The position numbers and the translations under genes were made by a program. Shown one piece after another: positions 21,260-30,945 of a stretch of DNA of 64,000 nt. The notes beneath the pieces were generated by a model. It ran no database searches, was not told the origin of the DNA, and saw only the letters and a list, made by a program, of their open reading frames with translations. The DNA is from an uncultured bacterium (GTDB lineage: Bacteria; Oederibacteriota; PGYV01; CAWJRG01), in assembly GCA_963845185.1 (NCBI GenBank), contig CAWJRG010000010.1, forward strand, positions 320,001 to 384,000, given 5' to 3'. Position 1 is the stretch's first letter. Each line of letters starts with the position of its first letter.

Positions 21260-22101
21260 TTTTCTTCCTTTTCCATGTAGGCGTCCGCGCACATCTTGGC
21301 CAGGTCCCTTATTTTTTTTATATAGCTCGGCCTCTCGGATATGGATATTGCGCGCCTCGCATCGAGCAGGTTGAATAAATGGGATATTTTGATGACATAA
21401 TCATAGGCAGGCCTGGGAAGTTTTTTCTGCGCCAGGCTCTCGCCTTCTTTATAAAAATTATTGAACGTGGACATGAGCATATCCACGTTTGCCTGCTCGA
21501 AATTATAAACCGAGAATTCTTTCTCATTTTCCAGGAAAACATCCCCGTATGTTATTTTATCGTTCCACATTATGTCAAAAGCGCTGTCCTTGGCCTGTAT
21601 GTACATGGCAATCCTCTCTAGCCCGTAAGTCAGCTCTACTGTAATAGGGCTGAGCTGTATGCCTGCCATCTGCTGGAAATACGTGAACTGGGTTATCTCA
21701 AGTCCGTCGAGCCACACCTGCCAGCCAAGGCCCGACGCGCCTATTGTGGGAGATTCCCAGTCGTCTTCGTTAAACTTTATATCGTGTTCCTTTGTCTTTA
21801 TGCCTATGCGCTCGAGGCTCTCCAGGTACATCTGCTGTATGTTTTCAGGCGCGGGCTTCATGATGACCTGGTACTGGTAATAATACTGCATCCTGTTCGG
21901 GTTTTCGCCATACCTGCCGTCTTTCGGCCTCCTGCACCCCTCTATAAAAGCCGCGTTCCACGGCTTTTTGCCCATGCACCTGAAAAAAGTCGCCGGGTTA
22001 AAAGTAGCCGCGCCTTTTTCGACATCGTAAGGCTGCATTACAATGCAGCCCTTTTCTGTCCAGAATTTTTGAAGGGTAAAAATCAGTTCCTGGAAGTACA
22101 T
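21256..22101 (-). CDS. glyQ: Glycine-tRNA ligase alpha subunit
   Basis: [33 protein letters not shown]. Confidence 0.97.
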   Translation of the reverse strand: MYFQELIFTLQKFWTEKGCIVMQPYDVEKGAATFNPATFFRCMGKKPWNAAFIEGCRRPKDGRYGENPNRMQYYYQYQVIMKPAPENIQQMYLESLERIGIKTKEHDIKFNEDDWESPTIGASGLGWQVWLDGLEITQFTYFQQMAGIQLSPITVELTYGLERIAMYIQAKDSAFDIMWNDKITYGDVFLENEKEFSVYNFEQANVDMLMSTFNNFYKEGESLAQKKLPRPAYDYVIKISHLFNLLDARRAISISERPSYIKKIRDLAKMCADAYMEKEEK

Positions 22102-22141
22102 GCTTAAACCTCAATAAATTATTTTGTAGAGACACGCCATG

Positions 22142-23755
22142 GAGTCTGTCTCAAAACTCTTTTAAACGCCTTGCATTGCCTACACTTATCGCGTTTTTTA
22201 GCCCCTATCTTTATTATTTCTCTTCTTTTCGATTTGTGGTTCTTTTCTTGTCAGGTTGCGAACCTTAATTTAACCTTACCTTCCCTCCACAAGGCATACA
22301 TTGTCTTTATGTTATGGGCGGCGCATATAAAAGACCATTGTGTTTTTACGCTTTCGATTCCTCTAACACTAAATCTTGTAAAACCAAGTACGTTTTTTAT
22401 ACGTCCCAATAATGGCTCAACTATTGTTTTTCTCTTTCGAAGCTGTTCTTTCCAGTTATTGACCCTAGCTTCTTCTCTGTATATTGACACTATCTCCTCA
22501 TACTCATGCTTATTTGCTTCTATTATCCTTCCGGATTTTACCTTGCTGCATTCGTATTTATAAATACAATCCCTATGATCCCCGCATCGGTATATCATTG
22601 TCTCTTTTCCGTTTTTCTTCTTCCTTATACTGGTATATTCAAGCCTGCCATTTTTAGGACATACATATTCGTTTTTTTCTTTGTCGTATTTAAAATGCGC
22701 TTTGCCATACGGCCTATCGCTGTCATCCTCCGGCAAGTTAACAATTATATTCCTTTTTTCTTCTTTGGCTTTTGCCAGTTCTTCCGGTGAATAATACCCT
22801 CCATCCGCAAGCGTTACTCCTGATTTTTGTCCGGTATTCGACTCTGCTTTTTCTATCATATCATTCAGCATGTGAGCATCCGATTCCTTGTTTGTCACAT
22901 TCTCTGCCACAATTATCTGTTTCTTTGCGTCCACAACAACCTGTGAGTTATATGCCTGTTGCAGTCCTTTACCTCTTGTCATCATGAACCGGCTGTCTCT
23001 ATCTGTGGGGTTTTCAGTTGTTTTTCCTTCACTTTTCATACGTTCTATATGTTCTCTTATTACCTGACGCAGTTTCTCCTTTTCCTGCAATTCTTTTGGC
23101 ATTCCGCACTTACTTTTGCCCTCTTCATCGTCTTGTTCGTCATTTTTCTCAATTTCCACCATTATTTTGTCTATTTCTCTGTCTAATTCTTGTATTTTTT
23201 TATTCATGTCTTTTATTGTTTTGGTCTTTTCCTTATTTACATCTGCCTGTATTTTTGTGCCGTCCACGGCTTGGATTTCAAAACCAACCAAATTGTTGTT
23301 TGTTGCCACACGCACCGTCTCCTTCAGTAAAACCCTTATCTGCTCTTTATTTCCTTTAAAAAATCTCCATAGCGTATTATGGTCGGGATGATTATTCCCG
23401 GTTATCCATATCATCCCCATTGAATCGTAAGTCATTTTTTCAACTTTTCTGCTGCTCTTTTTTCCTTCCAGTATGCCGTACATCCATGCCCCAAGTAAAA
23501 AATCTACAAAATATCCCGGTCTTCCGGTTTCTTCTTCCATTTTAAAACCCATCTCTTCAAGCGGTAATTCTTCTACGAATTCTACGACAAATCGAGCTAA
23601 ATGATCTTTTGAAACCCAATCTTCTATTGCCGGTGGCAGTAGATACATTTGATTTCTATCGGCTCTTATCGTTGGCATTTGGTTTCTCCTTCGCTAAATT
23701 TTGAAACCATTATACCATTTATGTCAAAGAATTAAGAGGCTTTTGAGACAGACTC
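22142..23755 (-). mobile_element. IS1182-family insertion sequence, apparently intact (1614 bp)
   Basis: TIRs GAGTCTGTCTCAAAA / TTTTGAGACAGACTC; CATG target duplication (22138-22141, 23756-23759) in the centre of a GTAG palindrome. Confidence 0.92.
22251..23678 (-). CDS. IS1182-family DDE transposase
   Basis: SSRKVE, PDHNTL, VDGTKI, ADGGY, RKTIVEP motifs. Confidence 0.93.
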   Translation of the reverse strand: MPTIRADRNQMYLLPPAIEDWVSKDHLARFVVEFVEELPLEEMGFKMEEETGRPGYFVDFLLGAWMYGILEGKKSSRKVEKMTYDSMGMIWITGNNHPDHNTLWRFFKGNKEQIRVLLKETVRVATNNNLVGFEIQAVDGTKIQADVNKEKTKTIKDMNKKIQELDREIDKIMVEIEKNDEQDDEEGKSKCGMPKELQEKEKLRQVIREHIERMKSEGKTTENPTDRDSRFMMTRGKGLQQAYNSQVVVDAKKQIIVAENVTNKESDAHMLNDMIEKAESNTGQKSGVTLADGGYYSPEELAKAKEEKRNIIVNLPEDDSDRPYGKAHFKYDKEKNEYVCPKNGRLEYTSIRKKKNGKETMIYRCGDHRDCIYKYECSKVKSGRIIEANKHEYEEIVSIYREEARVNNWKEQLRKRKTIVEPLLGRIKNVLGFTRFSVRGIESVKTQWSFICAAHNIKTMYALWREGKVKLRFAT

Positions 23756-23777
23756 CATGGCGTGTCTCTACTTTATT

Positions 23778-24485
23778 TTACTTCTTTTTCTTTTTCGCCT
23801 GCTGCTTTTCTTTTTCCATAAGGCCTAGGTGCCTCATGACATACCACACTATTGCGGCAATGATTATAACCAGTATCAAGGCGTCGACCAGGTGCATCCA
23901 TTTTCCAAGGCTGTGTTTCAGGTTTTCTTTCCATGCGTTTATGTCTGCCGCATGCTGGCCTATTTTCCATCCTACCCACGCAAGTGCCCAGCACCACGGT
24001 ATTGACCCGAGCATGGTGTAAAAGCAAAACCTTACAAAACGCATTTTTGCTATGCCGGCCGGCAGTGATATGAATGTCCTTATGACAGGCAGCAGCCTGC
24101 TGGTAAATATCGCTATCTCGCCGTATTTGTTAAAAAACCGGTCTGCAAGATCAAGGTCGTGCTTTGATATCAAAACATATTTCCCGTATTTGTCCAAAAA
24201 CGGCCTGCCTCCCCACTTTCCCACGGCATATGCCACGATTGAGCCTACAAGGCACCCGAAAGCGCCTATCAAACCAATCCAGAAAATGGATGCAAGCGCC
24301 CCGCCGAATTTAAAAAAACCGGTTACTATCAGGTATCCCGCAAAAGGCATTATTATTTCGCTTGGCAACGGTATGCACGCGCTTTCAATTGCCATTGCCA
24401 GGATTACCCCGATTCCAAACGGCCCGAAAAACATGAACATGTTCTGGATAAACTGTCCCAAAGCCCCTACAATTGCTTCAACCAT
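23778..24485 (-). CDS. DedA family membrane protein
   Basis: ESACIPLPSEIIMPFAG, SRLLPVIRTFISLPAG; start at ATG 24485 after GGAGG. Confidence 0.92.
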   Translation of the reverse strand: MVEAIVGALGQFIQNMFMFFGPFGIGVILAMAIESACIPLPSEIIMPFAGYLIVTGFFKFGGALASIFWIGLIGAFGCLVGSIVAYAVGKWGGRPFLDKYGKYVLISKHDLDLADRFFNKYGEIAIFTSRLLPVIRTFISLPAGIAKMRFVRFCFYTMLGSIPWCWALAWVGWKIGQHAADINAWKENLKHSLGKWMHLVDALILVIIIAAIVWYVMRHLGLMEKEKQQAKKKKK

Positions 24486-24502
24486 AAATCCTCCCACTAT
24501 TT

Positions 24503-24531
24503 GTAGAGACGACCCGCCGGGTCGTCTCTAC
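24503..24531. repeat. GTAG-type REP palindrome (family C)
   Basis: GTAGAGACGACCCGCCGGGTCGTCTCTAC; related copies at 22126/23771, 36288, 47666, 58732. Confidence 0.85.
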
Positions 24532-24580
24532 TTTTATTTATTAAGATTTTGCTATTTGATTTGTTGTTAAACGAAAAATT

Positions 24581-24656
24581 TGGTGGAGCTGATCGGGATT
24601 GAACCGACGACCCTCAGACTGCCAGCCTGATGCTCTCCCAACTGAGCTACAGCCCC
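24581..24656 (-). tRNA. tRNA-Ala (GGC)
   Basis: GGGGCTGTAGCTCAGTTGGGAGAGC..CT-GGC-AG..GGTTCAATCCC..CTCCACCA; 76 nt with encoded CCA. Confidence 0.97.
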
Positions 24657-24676
24657 ACCTCTTCTTTGTGGCTAAA

Positions 24677-24705
24677 ATACTATATTTTTATCTTATGCCT
24701 GTCAA
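24677..24705 (-). promoter_or_regulatory. sigma70 promoter of tRNA-Ala
   Basis: TTGACA-N17-TAGTAT. Confidence 0.7.
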
Positions 24706-24746
24706 GGTATTTTTATTCTGATGAGAGGATGTCTGTGAGCGGATTT

Positions 24747-27152
24747 TTACTGTTTTTTTGACTTCTTTACCCAGTTATTAACATAAATGTCTACGTCTGT
24801 TCCGCCCGTAAAGACTTCAAAAATTTCAACCTCTTCGTCTATGCCTTTCAAATTAAGCCCCTCTTCCATCTTTGCAAGCGCGATATATTTATCCAGTATC
24901 CTGTCGTAATAATAGTAAGCGTCGTAAGAAAGGTTAATTTTATCGCTTTCCAGCATATTTACCTCGACTTCCTTGCGCAGGGAATTAAAAACTTCCTTTG
25001 TTATGACTATGCCGTGGTTAAAAAGTTTTTTGTTCTGCACGTACACTTTCCTCGGCAGTGTTTTTGAACCGTATAGTTTTTCAAGATAGGCCTTTACCTC
25101 GTCGTTTGAGCCGGATAACCTTGCCGCCTGGTTTAGGTTTGGGGATAAAACTATATTAAACTTAACGTCACCTTCGCCTTCGCCTATAACGGCAACAAAA
25201 AGGTCCCCTTCGGTTATGCCTATGCCTATTTCCACCTTGGGCATTGAAAATTGCTCTGCGGTTTTTCTTATTGCGGCCTGCAGGCTAACGTTTTTATCCC
25301 CGCCGGCAAGCTTTAAAAAAGAGTTAATATTGTCCGGCATTTTGTCATCCGGGACAATTTTGGCATTAACCTGCCCGTCATCGCCTATGATTTCTTGCTT
25401 TATTAACTCCTTGAAAAGTGATTTCTCGTTTATTTTAACTTTTTCTTCGGCTTCTTTCCTTAATTTTGCGAATTCATTATGCACCAGGTACGCCGACCTT
25501 ATGCAGTCCGGTATTTTGGCAAAATGCGCGGCAAACCCGTCTCCGGCGAAATAAATTTCGGTGCCGCCCTGTTCTATCGTAGTCTTATACACAGTGCTTA
25601 AGTAAGGCGTTAAAAATACCGTGGTGTCCTTTGTCAGACGCATGCTTGTTTCAGTCGAATTTCTCAAATCGGCAAATAAAAATATTTTCCTGCCCCTGCC
25701 CTTGCTGCCTTCCACGCCCGGATAAACAGCGCCTTCCTCGCGGAAATAAAAGATGTTTCCTTCTTCAAACATGTTTTCTATCCTTGAGCGTTCGTCGTCC
25801 GGCGCCATTACGCACTCAAGCCTTTCTTTGCCCGTTTCTTCCGCAATAATGCTTTTTATCTTGCTTTGCCTCAAAACTTTTATCCCTATAATCTCTTCCT
25901 TGTACGACGATTTTTTCCCGTACTTCTCCCTTATTACAATAAAATTATTGACGCTTCGCAGGTAATAGGAAAGGTTGTCTATGCAGGCAAGCATGATTTC
26001 ATCGAATTCCTTGTTAAAAAGCGTGTTGAAAAATGAATTTTGGCTCCGGTCCATTTTGTCGCATGCGTCGAATATCGCCCTGGTAAGTTCCCTGCTGGTA
26101 ATGCTTTTCACGTCTTTCAGCAGCATTATAATGTACTTCCTTACCTTGCTTTCGTAGAATACGTCGCTGAGCGTTTCGTCATCCCTTATGAAGTTAAGAA
26201 GTTCGCTGCTGCCAATCTCCGATACTACGTTGTAAATGAGTTTCCTCACTTTTGCTTTCCCTTGCCTGAAAACAAGCCTGCCTGTTAATTCCTTGTCTTT
26301 TTTTACAAGTTTTCTTAAATTTTTCCTGTCTTTTTTGTCCGAAAGTATAAGCTTGATAATGTTGGAATCGGCCAGTATGTATTTTAAATTATCGTATTTA
26401 TCAACGGATTTGGATTTTTTTATTATCTCGTCAAAATAGCTTAAGAATTTGTTTACCGCGTTCCTGTCGACAAATATATTCTTATCCTTTGTAAAAATTA
26501 TTTTTTCTATCTGTGTCATTTCGGCCACATCGTTGAAAATAAGCGCATATTTATTAAAGAGCACCGCCGCTTTCCTGCTGCCGGCGCCGGTCTGTTCAAT
26601 GCGTATTTTCTCCATTTCAGGGTCCTCAAATATTTCCCTGAGCGTCATTTCAAAAATCTCGCCAAGCAGGTAAAAAAGCGTGTCTTTCATGACGTTGAAT
26701 TTCTCAAAATGCCTCTGAAAATATTCCTCGATAATTCCCGATATAAGCGATGTCAAAGACAGCCATGTAAAAAAATCAAGGTCCTCGATTTTAAGCTGGT
26801 TCTGCTGTTTTATGGAATTTAAAATTATCCGCTTTATGCTCGTCGCCAGCGTTGCCTTGCGCTCATAATACCATTTGCTGTATTTGGCCCAGCTTATGTT
26901 CGAAAACTCCGACATTATATGGAAATAAAAATCAGTCATGTTCCTGTCCCTGGGCAGGGCGCCGAAATCCTTGAATTTTTCGTCGGTGAATATCATTTCT
27001 ATAAAGGTATCGATGAAAAAATATATGTCCTTTTCTATGTTGAAAGGGAAAGTGACCTGGTAAAATTTGTTGGAAGGGTCGTATGAAACTTCTGAATTTT
27101 TATGGTAAAAGTTGATGTCTATCTTTTTCGGGAAAATATTGAGTTTGCCCAC
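24747..27152 (-). CDS. Large protein with C-terminal class III nucleotide cyclase domain
   Basis: FLFADLRNST, FAGDG, IGIGITEG, NQAARL motifs; N-terminal ~480 aa unrecognised; GTG start. Confidence 0.7.
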   Translation of the reverse strand: MGKLNIFPKKIDINFYHKNSEVSYDPSNKFYQVTFPFNIEKDIYFFIDTFIEMIFTDEKFKDFGALPRDRNMTDFYFHIMSEFSNISWAKYSKWYYERKATLATSIKRIILNSIKQQNQLKIEDLDFFTWLSLTSLISGIIEEYFQRHFEKFNVMKDTLFYLLGEIFEMTLREIFEDPEMEKIRIEQTGAGSRKAAVLFNKYALIFNDVAEMTQIEKIIFTKDKNIFVDRNAVNKFLSYFDEIIKKSKSVDKYDNLKYILADSNIIKLILSDKKDRKNLRKLVKKDKELTGRLVFRQGKAKVRKLIYNVVSEIGSSELLNFIRDDETLSDVFYESKVRKYIIMLLKDVKSITSRELTRAIFDACDKMDRSQNSFFNTLFNKEFDEIMLACIDNLSYYLRSVNNFIVIREKYGKKSSYKEEIIGIKVLRQSKIKSIIAEETGKERLECVMAPDDERSRIENMFEEGNIFYFREEGAVYPGVEGSKGRGRKIFLFADLRNSTETSMRLTKDTTVFLTPYLSTVYKTTIEQGGTEIYFAGDGFAAHFAKIPDCIRSAYLVHNEFAKLRKEAEEKVKINEKSLFKELIKQEIIGDDGQVNAKIVPDDKMPDNINSFLKLAGGDKNVSLQAAIRKTAEQFSMPKVEIGIGITEGDLFVAVIGEGEGDVKFNIVLSPNLNQAARLSGSNDEVKAYLEKLYGSKTLPRKVYVQNKKLFNHGIVITKEVFNSLRKEVEVNMLESDKINLSYDAYYYYDRILDKYIALAKMEEGLNLKGIDEEVEIFEVFTGGTDVDIYVNNWVKKSKKQ

Positions 27153-27162
27153 TTTTCGCCTC

Positions 27163-27510
27163 TTATTTTACAGTGTTGTCTTCGGATACTGCCATTTTAT
27201 CCCCGATTTTAATATTTTTCAATCTTATAAGTCCCTGCTTGAACTCATAAGTATCTTTTGCCTTAAAACTTCCGGCAAACTTCCACGGCTTTAAATTCTC
27301 CCTCGTGAAAACAACCGTGCCCATTTTGTCTGTCATGGCAATATCAATCGGCATCATCATAAAAAAAGTGTGTATCGTATTGCAGGAAGGTATATATAAT
27401 ACCTGGCCGTCTTTTAATTCTTTTTTCCCCAGGAGCCCGATGATTCTTTTTATTAAATTATCGGCTATTGTGACGTTCTCGGATATAATCTCGTTATTCC
27501 TTCGCAGCAA
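27163..27510 (-). CDS. DUF192 family protein
   Basis: ADNLIKRIIGLLG, CNTIHTFFM..PID; commonly beside Tad genes. Confidence 0.85.
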   Translation of the reverse strand: MLRRNNEIISENVTIADNLIKRIIGLLGKKELKDGQVLYIPSCNTIHTFFMMMPIDIAMTDKMGTVVFTRENLKPWKFAGSFKAKDTYEFKQGLIRLKNIKIGDKMAVSEDNTVK

Positions 27511-27513
27511 TTT

Positions 27514-28391
27514 TCAAAATCCCTGCATCAGTTTAATCACTATGGGCCCGAAAAGCACTATGAACACGACCGGGAATATGAAAAGCAGCAGCGGGATCAG
27601 GAGTTTGACCGGCGCTTCGTACGCTTTCTTTTTCAGGGACTGGAACCTCTTGTTCCTCATTTCCTCGGCCTGCGACCTCAGGATTTCCTTGATATTGCCG
27701 CCCATTTTTTCCGCCTGTATAAAAATACCGGCAAAGCTGTCCATTTCTTTCAATTTCCATCTTGAGGAAAGCTCCAGCATAGCCTCTTCAAAACTTTTGC
27801 CAAGCTGGATTTTTTTGATTGTCACGGCCATCTCTTTTGCGAACTCATTCTTTGTTTTTTGCCCGCTTTTATCCCCTTCTTCCGCGTAGCGTGAAATTGC
27901 CTGGTTCAGGGAAAGGCCGCCTTCAATGCTGGCGGTAATTATATCAATCGCGTCCGGTAATTCTTTCAGGATAAGTTCCTGCTTTTCGGCCACTTTATTT
28001 TTTAAAATCATGGAAGGAATAAAAAACCCGAATATTCCCGCGGCAACACCCAAAACCGCGCTGTCAAAAAGCAGCAATCCCGTTATAAACAGGGCCAGCG
28101 CGCTTGCCTGCTGCAATAAAAGGAAAGTTTCGGCTGTCAGCTTGTTCTCCATGTTTAATTTTTGAATATCAAAAGATATATTGCGGTATTTTTTGCCGCC
28201 GGCCAGTTTTTTGTTGGCTGCAATGATATTATCCCTTAAATACAGCATGAAGTCCTTTGCCTTATTGTAATAGGACACGTAGAACTGCCCTGGATGGCTT
28301 TTAAGGTTTTTTGCCTGTGCAGGATAACGGCTATAGCGTAAGTGCATGTTGCCGCTGATATGAATATTATGACTGTTAAAATTAATGCCAT
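27514..28391 (-). CDS. tadC: Tad pilus assembly protein TadC (T2SS F family), with apparent 1-nt deletion near 28280
   Basis: ELPDAIDI..GLSLNQA, EAPVKLLIPLLLFIFP; the likely TM N-terminus (MALILTVIIF.., ATG 28391 with SD) is in another frame. Confidence 0.8.
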
Positions 28392-28400
28392 ATTTTTCCT

Positions 28401-29237
28401 CTAATTGATGGTGACTATTTTTTTTATTATTAAGGCGCCTATGGATTCCATGATAACCACGGCTATCAGCATGATGTTTCCGGCTGTTGTGGTAAATAAA
28501 GGCGTCACGAACTGCGGGTCAATAAAAAATATTATTACAAGCAAAAACAGGGGTAGCATCCCTACTATTATTCCCGACATAACCCCCTGCGAAGTCATGG
28601 CTTTTAATTCCCTTTTTAACTCTTCCCTTTTCCGTATGGTGGCAAGTATGTTGCCCAGAACATGCGTAATATTGCCGCCTGTTTCCATGGACGTGTTTAT
28701 CGCGGCTATGAATATTTCATTTTCTTTAAGCGGCACTCGTTCCTTAAGCCCGTTTAATGCCTGTGAAATGCTTTGCCCGAGCTCTATTTTCCTGATAACC
28801 ATGTTTATTTCGGCACTTATTGCGCCGTCGTTTTTTTCAGCTTTTACCTGGAATGCCTTGACTATGCTCAATCCCGCCTTTAAGCTGCTTAATATGGATT
28901 CGATGAAATCCGGCAGCTGGCTGTAATACTCATCAATGTATTTTTTTTGTTTTAAGTTGACATATATTTTCGGCGCGGCTATTGCCGCCGCCGCCCCAAG
29001 GATTAAGACTGAAACTTTCATTGTTATTAAAAACAGCGCCGCGGTTGCCGCGGCAATCATGGCTTCAGTCCTGAAAATCTCCCCTTTGCCGACTTTAATC
29101 AGGCTTGTTTTGATAAAATTATTTATATCGCTTTTATATTTCGTCATTATGTCCGATATTTTTTTTATTATTTCCCCGTTGTAATAAACCGCTATGGCTA
29201 TTGCGGCGAATATCGCCGCGCATATGGTAATTTTCAT
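28401..29237 (-). CDS. tadB: Tad pilus assembly protein TadB (T2SS F family)
   Basis: QLPDFI..LKAGLS, ETGGNITHVL, KAMTSQGVMSG. Confidence 0.85.
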   Translation of the reverse strand: MKITICAAIFAAIAIAVYYNGEIIKKISDIMTKYKSDINNFIKTSLIKVGKGEIFRTEAMIAAATAALFLITMKVSVLILGAAAAIAAPKIYVNLKQKKYIDEYYSQLPDFIESILSSLKAGLSIVKAFQVKAEKNDGAISAEINMVIRKIELGQSISQALNGLKERVPLKENEIFIAAINTSMETGGNITHVLGNILATIRKREELKRELKAMTSQGVMSGIIVGMLPLFLLVIIFFIDPQFVTPLFTTTAGNIMLIAVVIMESIGALIIKKIVTIN

Positions 29238-29238
29238 T

Positions 29239-30252
29239 TTAAAACTGCCTCAAAAACCTTATGTCGTTTTCAAAAAACAGGCGCATGTCGTCAATCCTGT
29301 ATTTCAGCATCGCTATCCTCTCGACCCCCATGCCGAACGCGAACCCTGTGTATTTCTCGGCGTCGTAATTGACGTTTTTAAAAACGTCGGGGTGTATCAT
29401 GCCCGACCCGAGTATTTCAAGCCAGCCCGTATTTTTGCAGATTGCGCAACCCTTGCCCTTGCAGCTCACGCACTGCACGTCAACCTCGGCTGACGGCTCG
29501 GTAAACGGGAAAAAGCTGGGCCTGAACCTGACTTTCAGTTCCTTGCCGAATATTTCCTGCGTGAACATTTCCAATACGCCCTTAAGGTCGGAAAAGCGTA
29601 CTCCCTCGTCTACCATGAAGCCCTCCACCTGGTGGAACACCGGCGAATGCGACGCGTCGGCTGCGTCCTTTCTGTAAACCCTGCCCGGCGCGAGTATTTT
29701 AAGAGGCGGCTTGCATTTCTCCATAACCCTTATCTGTATCGGGGATGTATGCGTCCTTAAAATATATTCATCGTCTATCGTAAAAGTGTCGTGCATGTCC
29801 CTTGCCGGGTGGTCCGCCGGGAAATTCAAGGCTTCAAAATTGTAATAATTTTTCTCTATGTCCGGCCCGTCCGCGACAGAGAAACCCATTCTTAAAAAAA
29901 TGGACTTGATTTCCTCCATGGTCTTTATCAACGGGTGCTGTGTGCCTTTTGCTATCGAGTAGGCAGGCAGGGTAATGTCGAAATCTTTCAGGTTTTTTGT
30001 CTTTTGAAGCTCAATTAATTTTCTTTCGGCTTCGGCAAAAACAGACTCGAAATAACTTTTTATTTCGTTGAAATATTTGCCTTTGTTTATTTTTTCCTGC
30101 TTACCTCCAATATCCTTAAGCGATGAAAACAGGCCGGTAATGACACCGCTCCTGCCCGTATATTTTGCCTTGAACTGGTTTAATGATGCGGTGTCCTGTA
30201 CTGCGCCGGCATCCTTATTTATCTGTTCTTTCATGTCCTTATCAATGTCCAT
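29239..30252 (-). CDS. pheS: Phenylalanine-tRNA ligase alpha subunit
   Basis: HPARDMHDTF, LRTHTSPIQ, RFRPSFFPFTEPS, GFAFGMGVER. Confidence 0.97.
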   Translation of the reverse strand: MDIDKDMKEQINKDAGAVQDTASLNQFKAKYTGRSGVITGLFSSLKDIGGKQEKINKGKYFNEIKSYFESVFAEAERKLIELQKTKNLKDFDITLPAYSIAKGTQHPLIKTMEEIKSIFLRMGFSVADGPDIEKNYYNFEALNFPADHPARDMHDTFTIDDEYILRTHTSPIQIRVMEKCKPPLKILAPGRVYRKDAADASHSPVFHQVEGFMVDEGVRFSDLKGVLEMFTQEIFGKELKVRFRPSFFPFTEPSAEVDVQCVSCKGKGCAICKNTGWLEILGSGMIHPDVFKNVNYDAEKYTGFAFGMGVERIAMLKYRIDDMRLFFENDIRFLRQF

Positions 30253-30305
30253 TGTGACCTTGACCTCATATAATATGCGATGTCCACCATACTAGGTGGA
30301 TAAAT

Positions 30306-30329
30306 AAAAAAATCGGGTATAACCCGATT
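30306..30329 (-). terminator. Rho-independent terminator upstream of pheS
   Basis: AATCGGGT-TAT-ACCCGATT followed by a T-run on the minus strand. Confidence 0.6.
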
Positions 30330-30368
30330 CGTATTATATAAAGCTTTACCGGCTTTGTAAAGTTCTTT

Positions 30369-30579
30369 GTGGAGCTACTATTAACAAATATTCTTATATG
30401 CTCCCTTGATAGCGTTTATTTTGTCTAGCCAAAGGCGACAGTTAAATAGTCTTGTAGACTATTTGACGGGTAGTTTCCATAAGTTATTAATATAAAACTA
30501 CCCTAAATATTACGCTATCAGGTACCCGCTCTAGTCCGAGGCTTTAGCCGAGGACAAGCGGTACCTAGGTGGGATTAAA
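30369..30579 (+). repeat. Family D ends enclosing a family A copy (composite element)
   Basis: GGAGCTACT..TATGCTCCC, then family A (30407-30566), then GGTGGGATTAAA. Confidence 0.6.
30407..30566 (-). repeat. Two-hairpin repeat family A, copy 4 (long form)
   Basis: TGATAGCG..CGCTATCA stem; extra internal hairpins shared with 51923-52088. Confidence 0.8.
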
Positions 30580-30597
30580 CCTAAAAAAGCCCTGTTT

Positions 30598-30771
30598 TTA
30601 CAGGGCTTTTTCTTTTCTTGCCTTTATTCTCTTTTCTTTTTTGCCTTCTCTTCTTCGGGCAATATTATACAGGATATACGCGCTTATTGCCCCTGTCTTT
30701 TCAAAAGCTCTCCAAAGTTCCTGAACGTAAATTTCCGATTCTTTCTTTTCTATGTTATTCGTCATTTTCAT
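30598..30771 (-). CDS. Small YqzL-like protein
   Basis: LWRAFEKTGAISAYILY resembles the YqzL motif; promoter TTGACA-N16-TATAAT at 30810-30837; terminator-like hairpin 30583-30611. Confidence 0.55.
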   Translation of the reverse strand: MKMTNNIEKKESEIYVQELWRAFEKTGAISAYILYNIARRREGKKEKRIKARKEKAL

Positions 30772-30945
30772 CTCTCGCTCCCTCACCACAAGGTTTTGAT
30801 TTCCTATCAATTATACCATATTTTTCTCAATTGTCAAGTTTACGTGGATTGCGGTGTTTACAGGGATTGCGTTCCTGTATCGGGATTGCAATAGGAGAAG
30901 TTGTACCCACGCCCCGCTGAATTTCAACATAAACTCAATTCAATA

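Noticed and set aside
30253..30600. T-box leader upstream of pheS
   Set aside because: A terminator-like hairpin is present, but I found no T-box consensus, and the region is filled by repeat families A and D
30846..30889. Three GGATTGC direct repeats spaced 18-19 nt
   Set aside because: Too short and found only once; cannot be told apart from a decayed repeat or chance
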